Positions 36,804 through 51,227 of a stretch of DNA of 64,000 nt are shown here, piece by piece. Origin of the DNA: Felis catus (taxonomy: Eukaryota); NCBI RefSeq assembly GCF_018350175.1, contig NC_058368.1, positions 215,018,001-215,082,000 of the forward strand. Reading direction: 5' to 3'. Positions within the stretch are counted from its first letter, which is position 1; each line of letters begins with the position of its first letter. The notes beneath the pieces were generated by a model. The model was not told the DNA's origin and ran no database searches. It saw only the letters and a program-made list of their open reading frames with translations. The position numbers and the translations under genes are program-made.

Positions 36804-37466
36804 TGTCGTATTTTCACGTTATTTTAGTCAAACATATTTTCTAATATTTCTTGAGGATTAATCTTTTATCCATAGATTATTTAGAGGTACACTGATTAAT
36901 CTCTAAATGTTTTGGTTTTCTAGATATCTTTGAAAACCTAATTTCTAGTTTAATCCTGTTGTTGTCAGGTGTACTTTGTATGCATTCTTTTAATAAAGTT
37001 TGTTTTATGGCCAAGGATATTGATCTTTTGAGCAGACTCAAGTGGTAGTTTATATGGCAGTCCAGTTCAAAACAGCCAACATGTTATTAGTGACCTGTTA
37101 AGTTCACATGCAGCTCAGGGGTAAGCTTGGGACTTGGGTCAGCTCAGGTGCAGATTTAGCATATCCCATTTTCCGGTTCCTTGCTCCTTTCTCTCCAGAC
37201 TCTCCAGATCACAGAGGCCTCTTTTCCTGGTGCCTTTGGATGAAAAATTGATATAACTCAAGGTTTTAGCCCCTTGCACTATTGTGTACATTCATGTAAC
37301 CGATTTCCCTTTCGGAGAGAAAGAGCAAGAGAAAAATAGAAACAACAGGGATTTCCCCCAAGTGCTTCAGACCATAGGATCCTTTTTTTCTAGTTTTTCT
37401 TGCCAGACAGGATTAGGAGTCAGCATGGCTGTACTGCCATCATCCCTGAGGCAACAACAGTAAGAT

Positions 37467-37524
37467 TTTTAACACTAGGAATTCTTTTAACACTAGGGAT
37501 TCTTTTCTTTTAACACTAGGGATT
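37467..37524. repeat. Short tandem triplication of TTTTAACACTAGG(G/A)ATT
   Basis: Three copies read directly. Confidence 0.9.
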
Positions 37525-39337
37525 TCTTATCTGTGCTGGGGCTGAGATATGAGGAAAACAAGGAATTCCTTCCTACCCTACCCTCAGTACCTCACAGAAG
37601 CCTTTGCCTGCCCCGCCCCCTTACTTCTGGTTAGAAAGAGATTGTTTCTCTCAGAGTTTTACTGCCTGAGCCTGCGAATGGGATTCTGGGATTCAGCTAC
37701 CTTCAAGTCAAAGCTGAGAACTATATAGGAGAGAAAAACAGAATACTTATTGTGGTACTTATCTTTGTCGAGATTTGCCATTACACCCCATTTTGCCTGC
37801 TATTATTCACTTTTCAGAGTCCTCCGGTAGCTTCACTATATATTTAGTGTAGGGTTTTTAGTTCTAATCAATGAAGGAAATAGCATATACTGGGCTAACT
37901 CTATCTCCACTGAGATGTGAACCCAGTGTAGAAATTTAATTGATATGGAATTCTCTTGATTCAAATATTATTCAGATTAGATCCAATAAAATCACTTAGT
38001 TCTAGGGGAAAATACTATGGATAAGATGCTTCATTCTCATAATTCAGGGAGTCAAGTCTGATAAACGTAGGATTCAACAGATACCTATCAAAATTTAACG
38101 AAGAGTAAACCCATCTTAAAGGCACTGTACAAAAATTTCAATAGAGAGTATATATTTGAATTTTCAGTGCTACTAGCTGTATGACACATAATAAAATACT
38201 CCCGCCATAAATTTCCAATGTTACCATCCTATTGCTTCCTTTGCACTCATTCTTTATCCTTTCCACTTAGGCCATTTCTGAAAGGTGCCCTCTAGCCTAA
38301 TAAAACAGATTAGTCCTATATCAATAATTGGCAAATGCCACCACTTTCATACAAGAAAATAACTGTATGAATGATCATAATTATTTTAAAAATGGCAATC
38401 CAAATCATACCAAGCAAGTCTTAGGAAAATGGATACAACAGTGGAATTTAATTAAAGCAAGATCATGAGTTAGAATGAAGATAAATTAACTGGATGTTGT
38501 AATTATAATAAATGGTAGAATTATACCTAGGGAGTTTAGAAAAGAGTTTGAAGTGAGATTCAGAGGTTATATAATGAGAAAGATCAAATGAAGGAGGGAC
38601 AGAGTAAGAGACAGCAGCAATATTATTATGATAATTAATTTGCTTTTACAAAATACAAGACAATAGAAGTAAACAAATACTTTTCTTGGATATGTATGAT
38701 TGATACCTGAATCCATGGGTGCAAAATTATGAATAAAAAATACAATACATCTCTAAACACTTTGTCGTATGCTCTTGGGTATACATTTAAGAAACTACAA
38801 AACACATTAAGGATTACAAGCATAAAGCCATAGCAAACTACATAGTATAACAGAGATCTAAAATAAATGCTTTACTCTCCCAAGGCATCTAAAAAAACTC
38901 ACATTGGTATATTCAAACTTCTCTGTTACATAGTGTCTTCAATCTCAGGATTGAACACACACACACATATTTCTAATATGTATGATTTTTATGAATTATT
39001 TACTTATATATATATCTTATTATTTTAAAATTCCTTTATATCTTTATAAAAACTTGGCACCCCTATAAGTTAGCAGCAAACGTATTAACAAAATGAATGT
39101 TTTACAAACGAACTTTGTTATGCTGAGAAACATCACCACTTAAATCTTCAATAAAATATATATCTCAGATTAAAAATGTATGACAGAAATTCACTTTTTT
39201 ATCTGAATTGAACATACATTTAAGTTCAATTTTTAAAAATGCCTATTTCAAAGTGAGAGTTAAATCCCATACATAATTTAATTACAGTTTTAATTATATT
39301 CCTCTCAATATTTTCGCTCTCATTGAAGCTGTTCTTC

Positions 39338-39360
39338 ATCATCATCATCATCATCATCAT
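39338..39360. repeat. (CAT)n microsatellite
   Basis: Direct reading. Confidence 0.9.
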
Positions 39361-41536
39361 GAGCTTATTTTGTATGTATACTATTTTCCAGGGTCTTTGA
39401 TAAACACATCTTTCTCATTTAAGAATGGAAACATGATGAAATAATTTCCCCATTTCACAAATCAGAAACTGGAGCTTAGAAGGAATGTACTTTTCCCCCA
39501 TGTTCTGCAGCTTGTATGTGACTTCCCGGAATACAGCTAAGCCACATCAGACACAGAGCCTAAACTCCTAAATAATAAGCTCTAATCTTTTCAACTAGGA
39601 GTCTCCTTTTTTTTTTTTTTTTTTTTTTTTTTGTCTTTTCTGGACTGCTTATGTGAAACATCACTATAAATGTGGAATGGCTTTGTAAATAAGGCATATG
39701 TTCCGAGTAAATGTGAAATCATTAGTCTAAACAAAATGACACTTAGGATTTTAGAGCATGTGAACCTATTAGTTTGTCTTAGTTATTTCCATTTCTTTCA
39801 ATATAACATGTCTGTGCCCATTCATTATTACTGGCAAGATCTACAGAGTGCTTGAGTCACTGCTTTCAGCATACATTTAATAGGGGTTTACAGGAAATAC
39901 CAAGTAACTATATAGTGAGTAACTGTTTTTCACCTTGAACAAAAGTGAATTGGAACTCTTCCTACCATAGTATTTTTAAAACATCCCTCTTAGGCTAATA
40001 AATAAGTGAAATAATTTGTAAACACTTAGCTATTAAACAAAGGTATCCTATATGTGTTGTCAAACAATAACATCAAATTGATGTCTTCATTAGTGTTAGC
40101 TACGAAAAGCTATACCTCTGTAGGCTTGATATACTTAATTACCTGTTGAAAAGAGACAGAATGGACTTATTGTCTATGTACCGATATAGAAATATCTTTA
40201 AGATATTTTTATTAAGTGAAAAAAAAAACTAGGCAAGTAAGAAGATCTACAGTTTCTAGTTGTGCGTAACAAATGTTAATGTATAAAATCTGTAACATAA
40301 ATTTGCTCTTATCTGCAAAAGACCACTGAAAGTATCAGTAAGAAAACAATAGAAGTGGTTGTCCATAGGGTGTAAAAGGGGTTAAGGTTTGGACATATCT
40401 CCTCAATGTGTCCTCCTAATTAAGCAGTTTCACTAAATAAACACTTTTAGCTTTAGGTCTTGCTATAAATTACAAATCTCCAGTTATTTCTTCCTTGGAT
40501 TTACTTACCTAATGAATCATTAAAAGCAGTAACTCTGAGTAATTTTGTTAAATCTATATTAATCTTCTTAAACATAATATCATGCAAAGTCACATTTCCC
40601 AAAAATGAGAGGATAGAGTCATAGGTTAAGCAACAGAAAAAGTAAAAACTATTAAGCAGCGCTTGCTTAATCTTTCAAAAGTTATAATTATGACACAGAA
40701 TATAGAAACAGCTCCTATGAAATAATCAAATTCGATAAATGATGCCCAGAAATGCATGTATATGTTTAAGGCTTCAGTGTACAAAGTATTCAATATCTAT
40801 AGACTGACTATATGAGAGCCGGGACTGTGCTTCCCAAATTCCTGTCTTAGGAGAAGTGCCAGTCCACGATGAAGTTTCCACCAAAGCCAGAGAAACAAGG
40901 GTGATGATACATAGAAAGTGTTTTAAAAAATTATATCATTATGATTTGAAAAATTGTGACTAATATTGAAATTGCTACTTCTAATTTTCTTTGATATTTA
41001 TTTTATGACATATTGGTAACAAATCACTTTTGTTTTTGCTTTTAATGTATAAACCCGGAAAAAATGCAACTTCATGTGACTCTCTGGCTCCTCATTTTTC
41101 TAAATGTACAAAATCCCCAAAGTCTACGAATCACTATCCTACAGAAATTGTAAAACACCAAACAATGGCAACCAGGAATTATATTCATAATGTGAAAAAG
41201 TAATAACCATATTTACGTTCATATGTAGGTTTGGTTTCAGCTAATTTCCTACTCGAAAATTATATTATTCCCCTGAAATGAAAGTAATTTGAAATCTGGC
41301 TCCCATTTTTGCATCAAGGCAAAAAGCACAGGCAGCAAGGATCGGCCTCAGAATCACAAGGTAGCAAAAGAGATTTTCATTCCTGAGCGAATTGGAAGAA
41401 GTTTCACTCTAGCAACATTAGAGTAATTTCTGCATTTAAAATGAAAGTGTGAATGATTGCACAAAGAATGGAATGCTTTTGTTCAAAGAAATTATTATTT
41501 GATCACAGAATCACAGAAAAGTTAAGCAATTGCTTA

Positions 41537-41641
41537 AGGGAGGGAAAGAGGGAGGGAGGGAAGAAGGGAGGGAGGGAGAGAGGAAGGAAAGAAGGAAGGA
41601 AGGAAGGAAGGAAGGAAGGAAGGAAGGAAGGAAGGAAGGAA
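41537..41641. repeat. Polypurine (GGGA)/(GGAA)n tract
   Basis: Direct reading; about 12 consecutive GGAA units at the 3' end. Confidence 0.97.
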
Positions 41642-42794
41642 TCTTAAACAGACGAAAGCAGATTACTCTCACCTCTTTTTTCCCTAAGTATTTAAATCAA
41701 TCCTAAGTAGGAATTGTGATTTACTAATATAAGGGCACTTTATTTACTTTATTTTTTATTATCGTCTTATCCTGGCTGCTACGAAGTACTCTAGTTGATC
41801 TTACTATAATAGTTGGTTCAAAGTGCATACATGGGTGGAATTTGAAGAGAGGTGCGGTCTTGTTGAGTTTCATGTCAAAGGCACCATGCCCTACTCTGCC
41901 AGCTGTCTAGCCCTCCTCTAGAGAAAGGCCACTTCATGTAGTCATCAGCTCATGTCTCAAGCTGTCCAGCTGGGATGTGAGCAGATTGACAGAAGGATAC
42001 CTTGGAATTCCCCAGCTGGGAAGGAGGGAAGACTCTTTAAGCTGCTGCATGTGACCCAAAAGTTTCTGGGCTTTCAGTTGATTTTATTGCCTCATTTTGT
42101 ATAAGCTTTATGAATTTTATTAACATGGCTACACTGAATTCAAATGTTTGGTTCACAGTTTCACTCTGTGACAAAACCAGCTTTAATGAATGAAAAGACA
42201 GTGTGTTACAACATGACTGTGCGAAATACTGCATCACGACTTTCTCACTTATACAAACCTCTATTCCACAACCTTGACAATTGCATTACTGTTAGTCACT
42301 GAAGATGTACAACACGTTCTGTGTGGGTTCCCAAGGCTGCATATTATGAGGTTAATTTACCAGTGTAATAAATTAATAAATTATATATATATATATATCC
42401 ATACATATATATAAATGGTATTTTATTTATTGTTCTATTTAGTCAGTTGTTTGTCTCAAAAAAGTCCAAATAAAAGAATATAGTCAGCTTTATAGCTAAT
42501 TCAGGGATTATAATGCAGACAAAATGTTTGTGTCTAGAGGTGGCATGCCAGGTAAGTACAAACAAAACAAAAACCTTTACAAAATGTTTCCTTAACTAGA
42601 GCTCTTCCTTTCCAGTTATATCTAATATCAAATTGGCATGATTTATTTGGTGAGATCAAGCATGTCAAATCAGTTATTTTAAAATTTTTGGAAGTTTTGT
42701 GACTAATTTTATAGAAAGGCTCTCTACTATATCTCATATACTGTGACCCTGAACAATGTTCAAGCATGATCTATGCCATAAAGTGTACTAATTA

Positions 42795-42995
42795 GTGGGC
42801 TCCTGGGTGGCTCAGTCGGTTGAGCGTCTGACTTCAGCTCAGGTCATGATCTCGCGGTTTGTGGGTTCAAGTCTCATGTCAGGCTCTCTGCTGTCAATGC
42901 AGAGCCTGATTCAGATCCTCTGTCTCCCTCACTCTACTCTTCCTCCATCCTGTCTCTCAAAAATAAATAAGTGTAAAAAAAAACTAAAAAAAAAT
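42795..42995 (+). mobile_element. CAN-SINE
   Basis: TSD TACTAATTAG. Confidence 0.92.
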
Positions 42996-45624
42996 TTATA
43001 CTAATTAGCAACAACATTGGCATGAAGGGATATTGGGGGAAAGTTTAATGAAATATTTGGTGTGTATTGTTATTCTTTATTCTTTTCACTCTCTTTTCTT
43101 AGCAATGCATTTTCTCCTGATTTTTGTACATTCTGGTGTATGTTTTATTTTACTTTATTTTATTTAATTTATTTTATTTTATTACTTTTTAGCTCTCTCT
43201 GGGTTTTGATGTATGCTGAAGATCCAGTGACTATTTCCCTGGGAATTTGAAAGCCACTCAAAGGTTATTATTCACAGTCCACAGGAGAATAACCCACCAT
43301 TTGCAGTTATTCACACTAGTCTGGAAAGAGATCATGATTCACAAAGTGCCTTTGGGAGAGAACACTTCCTCCAGCTCCCTTTTTTGAGTAGCCAACAGTG
43401 TAGAGTCGATTGCTTTACTGTTACTTCTCATCCATTAGAATGAATTAAGTAAGCTTTTCTCAAGAAGGGGCCAAGCCTCATCTGGTCATGAAGAGAGCAG
43501 TGCTTTTTTCCATTAGTCTCTGTGAAATTCTTAATAACACATGGAGTCAGTCCCCTTTGCTTCAACAAGCAAAAAGTTTCACAGAATTGATTTGATAAAA
43601 AGGTTCACTGGGTTCATGAAGTTTCTTCTTCTAAAGTGGTCTCACATGCTTATGTGCACACCTCCACTATTTTATATTTTATTGTTGTACAAATACTTTT
43701 CCTGGACAACTTCAAATCCTTTATGGTGATTTTTTGAATGGATCCACATGTCTTAGACTTCAAAACATTTTAAGAGGACCATTAGAATATTTCACTGTGT
43801 TTGAAACCTGTTTTGTAAATGAGAGAAGAAAATTCTCAAACTAAGTTGTAGATGACAGTTGGATATGGCATTATCCTCATCCAAGTAATTTTTTCACACT
43901 ATGTAATTGTCTGAAATATGTGTGATCTTTTGTAGACCACGGATATCTTTTATTAATTTAATTATTCAGCTCTTTATTCCTTCAACAAATAATTGAGAGT
44001 TTATTCCATGTAAATTCCTATGTGCTGCTATGGGAGAAAAGTTTCAAAGGCCATGTGCTCTATTCTCAATGTCCTTTACACCCTTTGAGGATGAAATAAA
44101 TAGGGAAACATCTACATATGGCATATTTTTCTTAGGCATCTTGTTCATTAATTTAAACAATAAACCTTGGGCCAAGCACTATACTGGTTACTGTGAGCAA
44201 ATGAATAGCCAAGTTTAAATCTAAATAAGAAAAACAAATCTTTAAAAAAAGTGATTTTAAGCTATAAAATACAGTGGTTCCCTGACGAGAACATAACTAA
44301 TTGTGCTCAGTTGTTCTTTTAACCATTTAAAGAAAATATAAATCAGACCAAAGTAAAGGATACAGGATCAAGTGCGGCAGACTAGAATGTGAACTGACCT
44401 GAGGACAAGACATTGAGGTGCTATTTGATACTAGCTGCCAAACTTACTTTCTGGTGGTTTCACTACTTCCGCTATTAAGAACATAATAGCAGAAGAGCAC
44501 ATACGGGAACTCATCCAAATTCGATTAATGTTAGATTTGTGGTTGACCAAGCTCACTAGACATTCACTACATGAATATTACTGAATTTTAGTTTGTAGTA
44601 TATAAGCCTAACTAAGATGAACATTATTCTGAGCCTGTATGGAAGATGGAGCAAAATGACATTCTTCATGATGCAAGGACTCAGCTACCAGTGACGGTAG
44701 CAGGTCAAAGAACAGAATCAAACTAAGTCTATGGTTCCTTGGTTCCTATGTTCATTTAGTGTATATTAACTTGGGAATTTATGACATATAATGTTACTAG
44801 GAGTGTATGTAAAACTGCTATATCCAAAAGAAACAAAAAAGAAACCAAACAACAAAAAAGGTAATTTCACTTAAATAGGTTCAATTCAAAGTTAGTGAGG
44901 ACAACTATTCTTTAACCACTGTGCTGAATAATTTTTTAAATAATCGATGAAGAGACAACCCTAGTGACAGAACAGGAAATGAACACCATGGGAAAATGCT
45001 CTTTGATGATTTTTAGTCCTTTCCCATAGGAAATGGGTGCAAGACTTAAATTTGTTTGGAAACATTTGATTAAGAAAAAAATAACATACTCTGTTATTTA
45101 TACATGTATGCAAAATTGCGTGATTATTTTTGCCAGGCAAGTCTTTATTACGCCTTGCTCCATGGGCTTGGATTTTAATGTGTGGAGAATTAACGGTAGC
45201 ATCCTTATTATGGGAACTAACTAAAGGGGGTTTAAATATTTGATCAGTTGGCCAACGGGTATCCTAACAACAATCGCTACTCACAATTGGACTTTAGCCT
45301 GGTGTCACTGGAGTTCTGGTCAGCCAGATCTAATTGGATTTTCTACATAAATCAATTATCAGAGCTTGTTAAGACTGTCAATAGCAGTTCTCCCGCTTAC
45401 TCTCTTTATCCTGCTCTGGCATTTATGGCCCGTTAAGCTTGTGCTCAAGCAGAGCTGACTGACAGATTCTGATCTTACAGGAGAGATTCACTTATTCAGT
45501 CTGCAAAAAGCAGGAATGGTCTAGTACCTGCAATCAAAACAGTTTAGTTTATTTTCTTGCTTTTTTCCCAAAAGAAAATTTCTGCCATAGTATTCAGCTA
45601 CTGCACAAAAAATCAAGTGCTTTT

Positions 45625-45830
45625 GAATGAGTTGGGTTGGGCAAGAGTTTTGGAGCCTTTGAGCCCTGATACGAATCCAGCTGGTTCTCTTAGATGCTCA
45701 CTGCAGTTTTTGTTTGTCATCTGTAAAATAAAAGTTCCACATGCCTACCTTTCAGGATTATATTGTATGATTAAAAATGTATATAATGCCCAACATTCTA
45801 CCTTGTATAGTTCTTGCAAAGTATATTGAT
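45625..45830. mobile_element. MIR fragment
   Basis: CAGTTTTTGTTTGTCATCTGTAAAATAAAAG...TACCTTTCAGGATTATATTGTATGATTAAA. Confidence 0.55.
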
Positions 45831-46051
45831 TTCATTTTTATCCCTCTTCAAAGTCTCCAGTCCTCTCTAAATGTATACTCTCCATATTTTTAAGTGGGGG
45901 AAATGATGTAGTATCATTAGCAGAGAAATGAGGTGTAATACAGGCCCTGTGATTTAGTCAACAACTTTTCTGACAAAAATCCAGAGCCTCTCCATGTCTT
46001 GGAATGGATGTTTTGTCCCCTAATTCCTAAAAGCTTTTCTGCAATGTACTC

Positions 46052-46257
46052 TTTTTTGTTTTAAGTTTGTTTATTTATTTTGAGAGAGGGAGAGCAAAAC
46101 CAGGGGAGGGGCAGAGAGAGGAGAGAGAGAACCCAAAGTAGACTCTACACTGTCAGTGTGGAGCCAGAGGCAGGGCTTGAACTCACAAACCTTGAGATCA
46201 GGACCTGAGCCTAACCCAAGAGTCAGATGCTTAACCAACTGAGCCACCCAGGTGCCC
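46052..46257 (-). mobile_element. CAN-SINE
   Basis: TSD AATGTA(C/G)TCTTT. Confidence 0.92.
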
Positions 46258-46318
46258 TTGAATAATGTAGTCTTTATTAAAAATCAATTTTGATAGAAAA
46301 GGAAACAACAGGGAAACT

Positions 46319-46323
46319 ACACA

Positions 46324-46359
<36 letters not shown>
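46319..46359. repeat. (CA)n microsatellite
   Basis: Direct reading. Confidence 0.96.
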
Positions 46360-46360
<1 letters not shown>

Positions 46361-47601
46361 TCTTTTCCTGCTTGGACCTTCACTATTTGTTGGATGAATT
46401 AAAATTATTGAATATTTATGAAAAAAATTAAATATATTCATTAGTAGTTGGAATATATTGGATCTTTATAATCTAACTTTTTAATTCTCTTTTTTCGTCT
46501 AAAAAAAAGACTACTCTAAAACTAACTTTTGAGTTAGATTCAAAAGTTTGAGTTGTTCAATAGAAGGATAATGAAAAAAAGTCAATGAAAAGTTAAGATA
46601 ACACTGGAAGAAAAATGATATTGTTAAGAACATTTTAATATATAAAATACAGTCATTCTGCCACTCTAGTTTAACTTCTGGCCATGAAACTAACAAAAAG
46701 ATGTAACTTAAAGTAAAAAATAGTAAGATTACTATTGTCAAACCTGAAATCATGTCAAGTACTTCACAAAAACTTGTAACACAAAGATTTTTCATTGAAA
46801 ATGTATGACTTCAAAATTACTACTGACAGCAATAGGAATTATATAATCATTAGCAAGAGAATAGATGCTGTCTTATTTGTATGATTCATTATGATTCCCA
46901 GTTTTGTCAAATACAGCTATCGTAGATATCAAGGTGCTATTAAACCAAAAGTCAGAATTCATTCTGAAATGCATGTTACATTTACATCCGAAACATTTAT
47001 GTGTTTCAGAGACTTGGATTCTCTTCCTTGAAAATGTATTACTACCTCATACTAAAATGTACTTTAATACAATACGGTATGCTTGCTTGGACCTCTAATA
47101 TTTATTTGCATGCAGGACCCCAGAATATATACCTGATCCAGCTTAAAATATCAAAATACCTAAATATTTTAAGATTTAGAGAGGCAGGATGATAGCTCAT
47201 ATCTGAATGACTTGAACATAATTATTGGTCTTGCTAAGCCTCTCGATTTTCATCTGTAAAATGGTGATATAATCTTACAATATGTGATAAAAACATACAT
47301 AAAACGTCTAGAATCATGACCGGCACTTAGTAGTTGGTAAATAAATTTGTCGTGTATTTCTCAAATCACTAATAAATGGGAAAAGAAAATCATAGATGAG
47401 ATTATTTACATCAATTTTTGCATTAAAGATTTCTAATTCTCTAATTTTATCCCCAGCCATTTCAATTCTGATCTTCAACTAATGTTTTATTGAATGTAAG
47501 TGCTTTGGCAATTACCCTTGCCCTAGAACATTTGTATGTTCTTGGCAACCTATGCTTTCTAAAGGATGAAATTAATGTGCTAAATCTCCAGTATTTCTTT
47601 C

Positions 47602-47818
47602 TTTCTTTTTTTTTTTTTTCAACGTTTATTTATTTTTGGGACAGAGAGAGAGCGTGAACGGGGCAGAGGCAGAGAGAGAGGGAGACACAGAATCGGAAAC
47701 AGGCTCCAGGCTCTGAGCCATCAGCCCAGAGCCCGACGCGGGGCTCGAACTCACGGACCGCGAGATGGTGACCTGGCTGAAGTCGGACGCTTAACCGACT
47801 GCGCCACCCAGGCGCCCC
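47602..47818 (-). mobile_element. Young felid CAN-SINE
   Basis: Perfect 15-bp TSD TCCAGTATTTCTTTC; CpG-rich body. Confidence 0.97.
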
Positions 47819-49242
47819 TCCAGTATTTCTTTCAATATTGACTATACTAATTTTAAAGCTATTGGAGAGAAAGCTTCTGTGTTGATGCCCCTCTTAAATG
47901 CTGCTTTTTTCCTCCAGATGTTTGGTGATGACTGGTTGTTCATATTTTAAAACTAACTTCACATTTTAAAGTTAATTTTGAGCAAAATTAATAAGTATTA
48001 ATCTTTAGTCCAAATGGAAATATTGTTTCCTCCTGTATTTATTTTAAATTCAGTTCTGGTTCTAGGAAGTAACCCCTGATGGCTGCGTCTTCTAGATGTG
48101 AGAGTTTACTGCCTCTTCTGTTGCTGTGCTGTTTCTACTACTTTACTGCTCTGGACCCAGGTCTGCTCTGCTCAGATAGTTGTAGGGCAGAAGGGTAGAT
48201 GGCTCTGACATTTGTGCATTTCTCTTGCCTGCAGTGCTGCTGCTTCGGACTGTGGAATTGTTTGTGGATTCTGATGAACAAGCACTTTCTTATGATCTGT
48301 CATCTTTGTATGCCACTGTGGATTCCTTGGCCCTGATGTGCATTACCATCAACCTGGTCCAACATGCATTTACATATTCCAGAAATCATTCTCCGTCTTT
48401 ACTTCTTGTAACAGTGGTTTCTTATTTCCCAACTCTGATATCAAGTTCTTTTTATTTTTGTCCTTCTTCAGTGTGTAATTTTTCATGGCCTAATTGATAT
48501 GGCAAGGTACAGTTTCTTTCCATAAGAGAAAAGCACAACTTAATATGATCAGGTATGTACATGGGGTCCAGAGGATGGGTGCAGAATTTTTGTTTGTCTG
48601 TTTGTATGTTTTTCATGTTTTCCCTCAGTGTACCTATCAACCCCTATCAGTCTACATTGAGTTATCTATCTGTGACATCAAGAAGTTCCCTCTATCTGTG
48701 AGCAACCTTCATTCTTTCTTTAATTCAGAATAGTCTTCTGAAATTGTTTACATTTCTCCTGTCTTTCAGGTACCCCCTTTTCCTCTCAACTCTAACTCAA
48801 TCTCCTTATCAATAAGGTTTAACTGATTTTTTTTGTCTTTGAATAGTCAGAAGAAGAAACGGTTTCAGGTCTTTCAGGTCTGTTACTGGGGGTTTGAGGA
48901 GCGAGGGCAGGGAAGACAAACTGTCCAACCAAATTTGTAGTAATCTACACAGATAAATCAAGCATTTGGATTATTCATGTAAACTCTGCTTTCATGGTTA
49001 ACGCTGATTTTATTTTGTTGATGACAGAATTCGTGTTGCATTTTTCATCTTAACAAGGACCATCTTCTACTCTCCTTGCTTGGTGTGAACCAACGCCTTC
49101 TTAGGAGATGTTTAAAAAAACCTTGGCCTGGGAAGAAAGAGAAAAGTTTAGCAAAATCCGTAATGACATATGTCATTTCAGTGAAAACATGGGCACAAAA
49201 CCGTTAGCTCTATTAAGTCAGTTTTTTAAAGGATAATATTTT

Positions 49243-49467
49243 GGGGCACCTGGATGGCTCCGTTGGTTAAGTGACTGACTCTTGATTTCGGCTCAGGTCA
49301 TGATCTCAGGGTCGTGAGATCGAGTTCTGTGTGGGGCTCCACACTGGGCGTTGAGCCTGCTCAAGATTCTCTCTCTCCCTTTCCCTCTGTCCCTCCCCAG
49401 CTTGTGCACATGCATGCATGCTTCTCTCTCTTTTACACACACACACAATAATAGTAATAAATAAAAG
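49243..49467 (+). mobile_element. CAN-SINE (older subfamily)
   Basis: GGGGCACCTGGATGGCTCC...GACTCTTGATTTCGGCTCAGG. Confidence 0.9.
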
Positions 49468-49880
49468 ATGGTATTTCATCTTGAACTAAAAGTTGTAAAA
49501 GAGAAAGATGACATGAAAATCACATGTATCTGAAATAAAACAATGATATTAACTTAATATAATAAACCTATTGTGACAGTCATAAATACTAGAACATGTT
49601 GAAAAGAATAAAACAGTTTTATAGTATGTCATATCAAAATTAAATGTCAACCAATTATTTGAAGTATTCTTTTGGCATGTCTCATTATCAATTCTAAATT
49701 TATTCAGCCAAATTAGAGATTTTTGAGCAAAAGAAAACTGAAAACACTTTTACACTTTTTTTTTAATAATCCTTGATGTCAACAGAAAGGGATCCACAAT
49801 TTCTCATATCTTACAATCCTTCCCTATGTCTTAGACTATGTTTTCTTCCTCATCAATGATTCATTTAAATAGCCTCCTTA

Positions 49881-50099
49881 GGGGTGCCTGGGTGACTCAG
49901 TCAGTTAAGCGGCCGACTTCGGCTCAGGTCATGATTTCGCGGTCCTTGAGTTCGAGCCCCACGTCGGGCTCTGTGCTGACAGCTCAGAGCCTGGAGCCTG
50001 TTTCAGATTCTGTGTCTCCCTCTCTCTGACCCTCCCCTGTTCATGCTCTGTCTCTCTCTGTCTCAAAAATAAATACACGTTAAAAAAAAATTTAAAAAA
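49881..50099 (+). mobile_element. Felid CAN-SINE
   Basis: TSD AAATAGCCT. Confidence 0.95.
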
Positions 50100-50460
50100 A
50101 TAGCCTACTTCACTTGGATTCAAGGATGTAGTTGAGAGGCCAAAGCATCAGAGAACATCTTACTGACAGATTTTCCAACTGAAAAAATTTATAGAGACTT
50201 TTCCCACTTAGGGGATGTTATTTGTTACTTACTTATCGGTAGTATAATGATTCCTAGTTAGGAACAGCTCATGGAGCACTTCTAATCCCCATATCTTCAT
50301 CCGGTAAATGGGCATCCCCTCTTACATCAAGATACGATCATCAAGTTTCTCAGTTTGTGTGGTAGTATTGGAGGACTTTCACCCCATTATGCAGTAACTG
50401 AGAGGTTAAGTTTGTGTTTGCTTACAGGAAATTTTTTCTCTATTAAAAAATTGCCGATAC

Positions 50461-50520
50461 GTACTATTTATTTATTTATTTATTTATTATGTACTATTTA
50501 TTTATTTATTTATTTTTTAC
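50461..50520. repeat. 30-bp tandem duplication GTACTA(TTTA)n
   Basis: Two copies read directly at 50461 and 50491. Confidence 0.88.
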
Positions 50521-51227
50521 TACTGAGTCATTTTCTATCTGTTTTGTAATCCCTCAAAAGATTGCTGAGATTTACTATATTGTTGACATTTGGAGACAAA
50601 TATTTGGTGTAGTCTCATTCTATGTACTACTGTTGAGATAAGGAAATCACAATTTGCTCATATTTACCGTCACACAACTATCATCCATTTGAATTTTATA
50701 AGACTGCTACTTATTTTGAAACCCTCATTATTGTTTGAAAGTATGTAAGTGGCATACTAAGCAGTTCAATATTCCATCTTTTAATTTTATAATTAGAATG
50801 CATTCAAGCTGTGCTTCTAAGTTTTCTTAATGCCCTAAACACTAAATTGGAGTGTATTCTGAAATCATACATTAAACAGAAAATCTTTGAATTAGCAACT
50901 TAAAGTTTAGCTTTATACACCAAGGAGTTTTACTCATTAGCAGGTAATTTAAATTCTTTCTTCTTCCCACCCCTTTTGCCCCAGGGAATGCTAAGCTTGT
51001 TTTTCAAACCCTCCTTCTGAAATATGAGGGGCAAAAATAGTACTAAAAGTCAGGATTTGAAGACACACAGAGATCCGTTAGCAGGCTTTAATCCTCTATT
51101 TGAACTCTTTATATCAATCTTCTATGTGAGGACAACTGGGTTGTCACTGGCAAGGCAGAAAGAGAGTCTGGAAACCTGAATCTGCAAAGAGCTTACTAGT
51201 ATGTATATTAGGGGGTGTTTCTCTCTT

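Larger units (their letters stand above)
35985..37030 (-). mobile_element. Old L1M ORF2 fragment with TA expansion and MITE insertion
   Basis: TTAGACCACTGACTTGAGAACTTTCTTCATTTCTAATATGGG...TTTTATGGCCAAGGATAT resembles antisense L1 ORF2. Confidence 0.55.

Noticed and set aside
37467..37524. Spaced short repeats resembling a CRISPR-like array
   Set aside because: It has three copies with no unique spacers in a mammalian context, which fits a slippage duplication.
37050..37925. Possible ancient L1M 5' region
   Set aside because: The resemblance is too weak to support without an alignment.
41217..41268. Minus-strand exon-like segment (TTTCATTTCAG acceptor ... GTAAAT donor)
   Set aside because: It has stop codons in all three frames, and such sites are common by chance.
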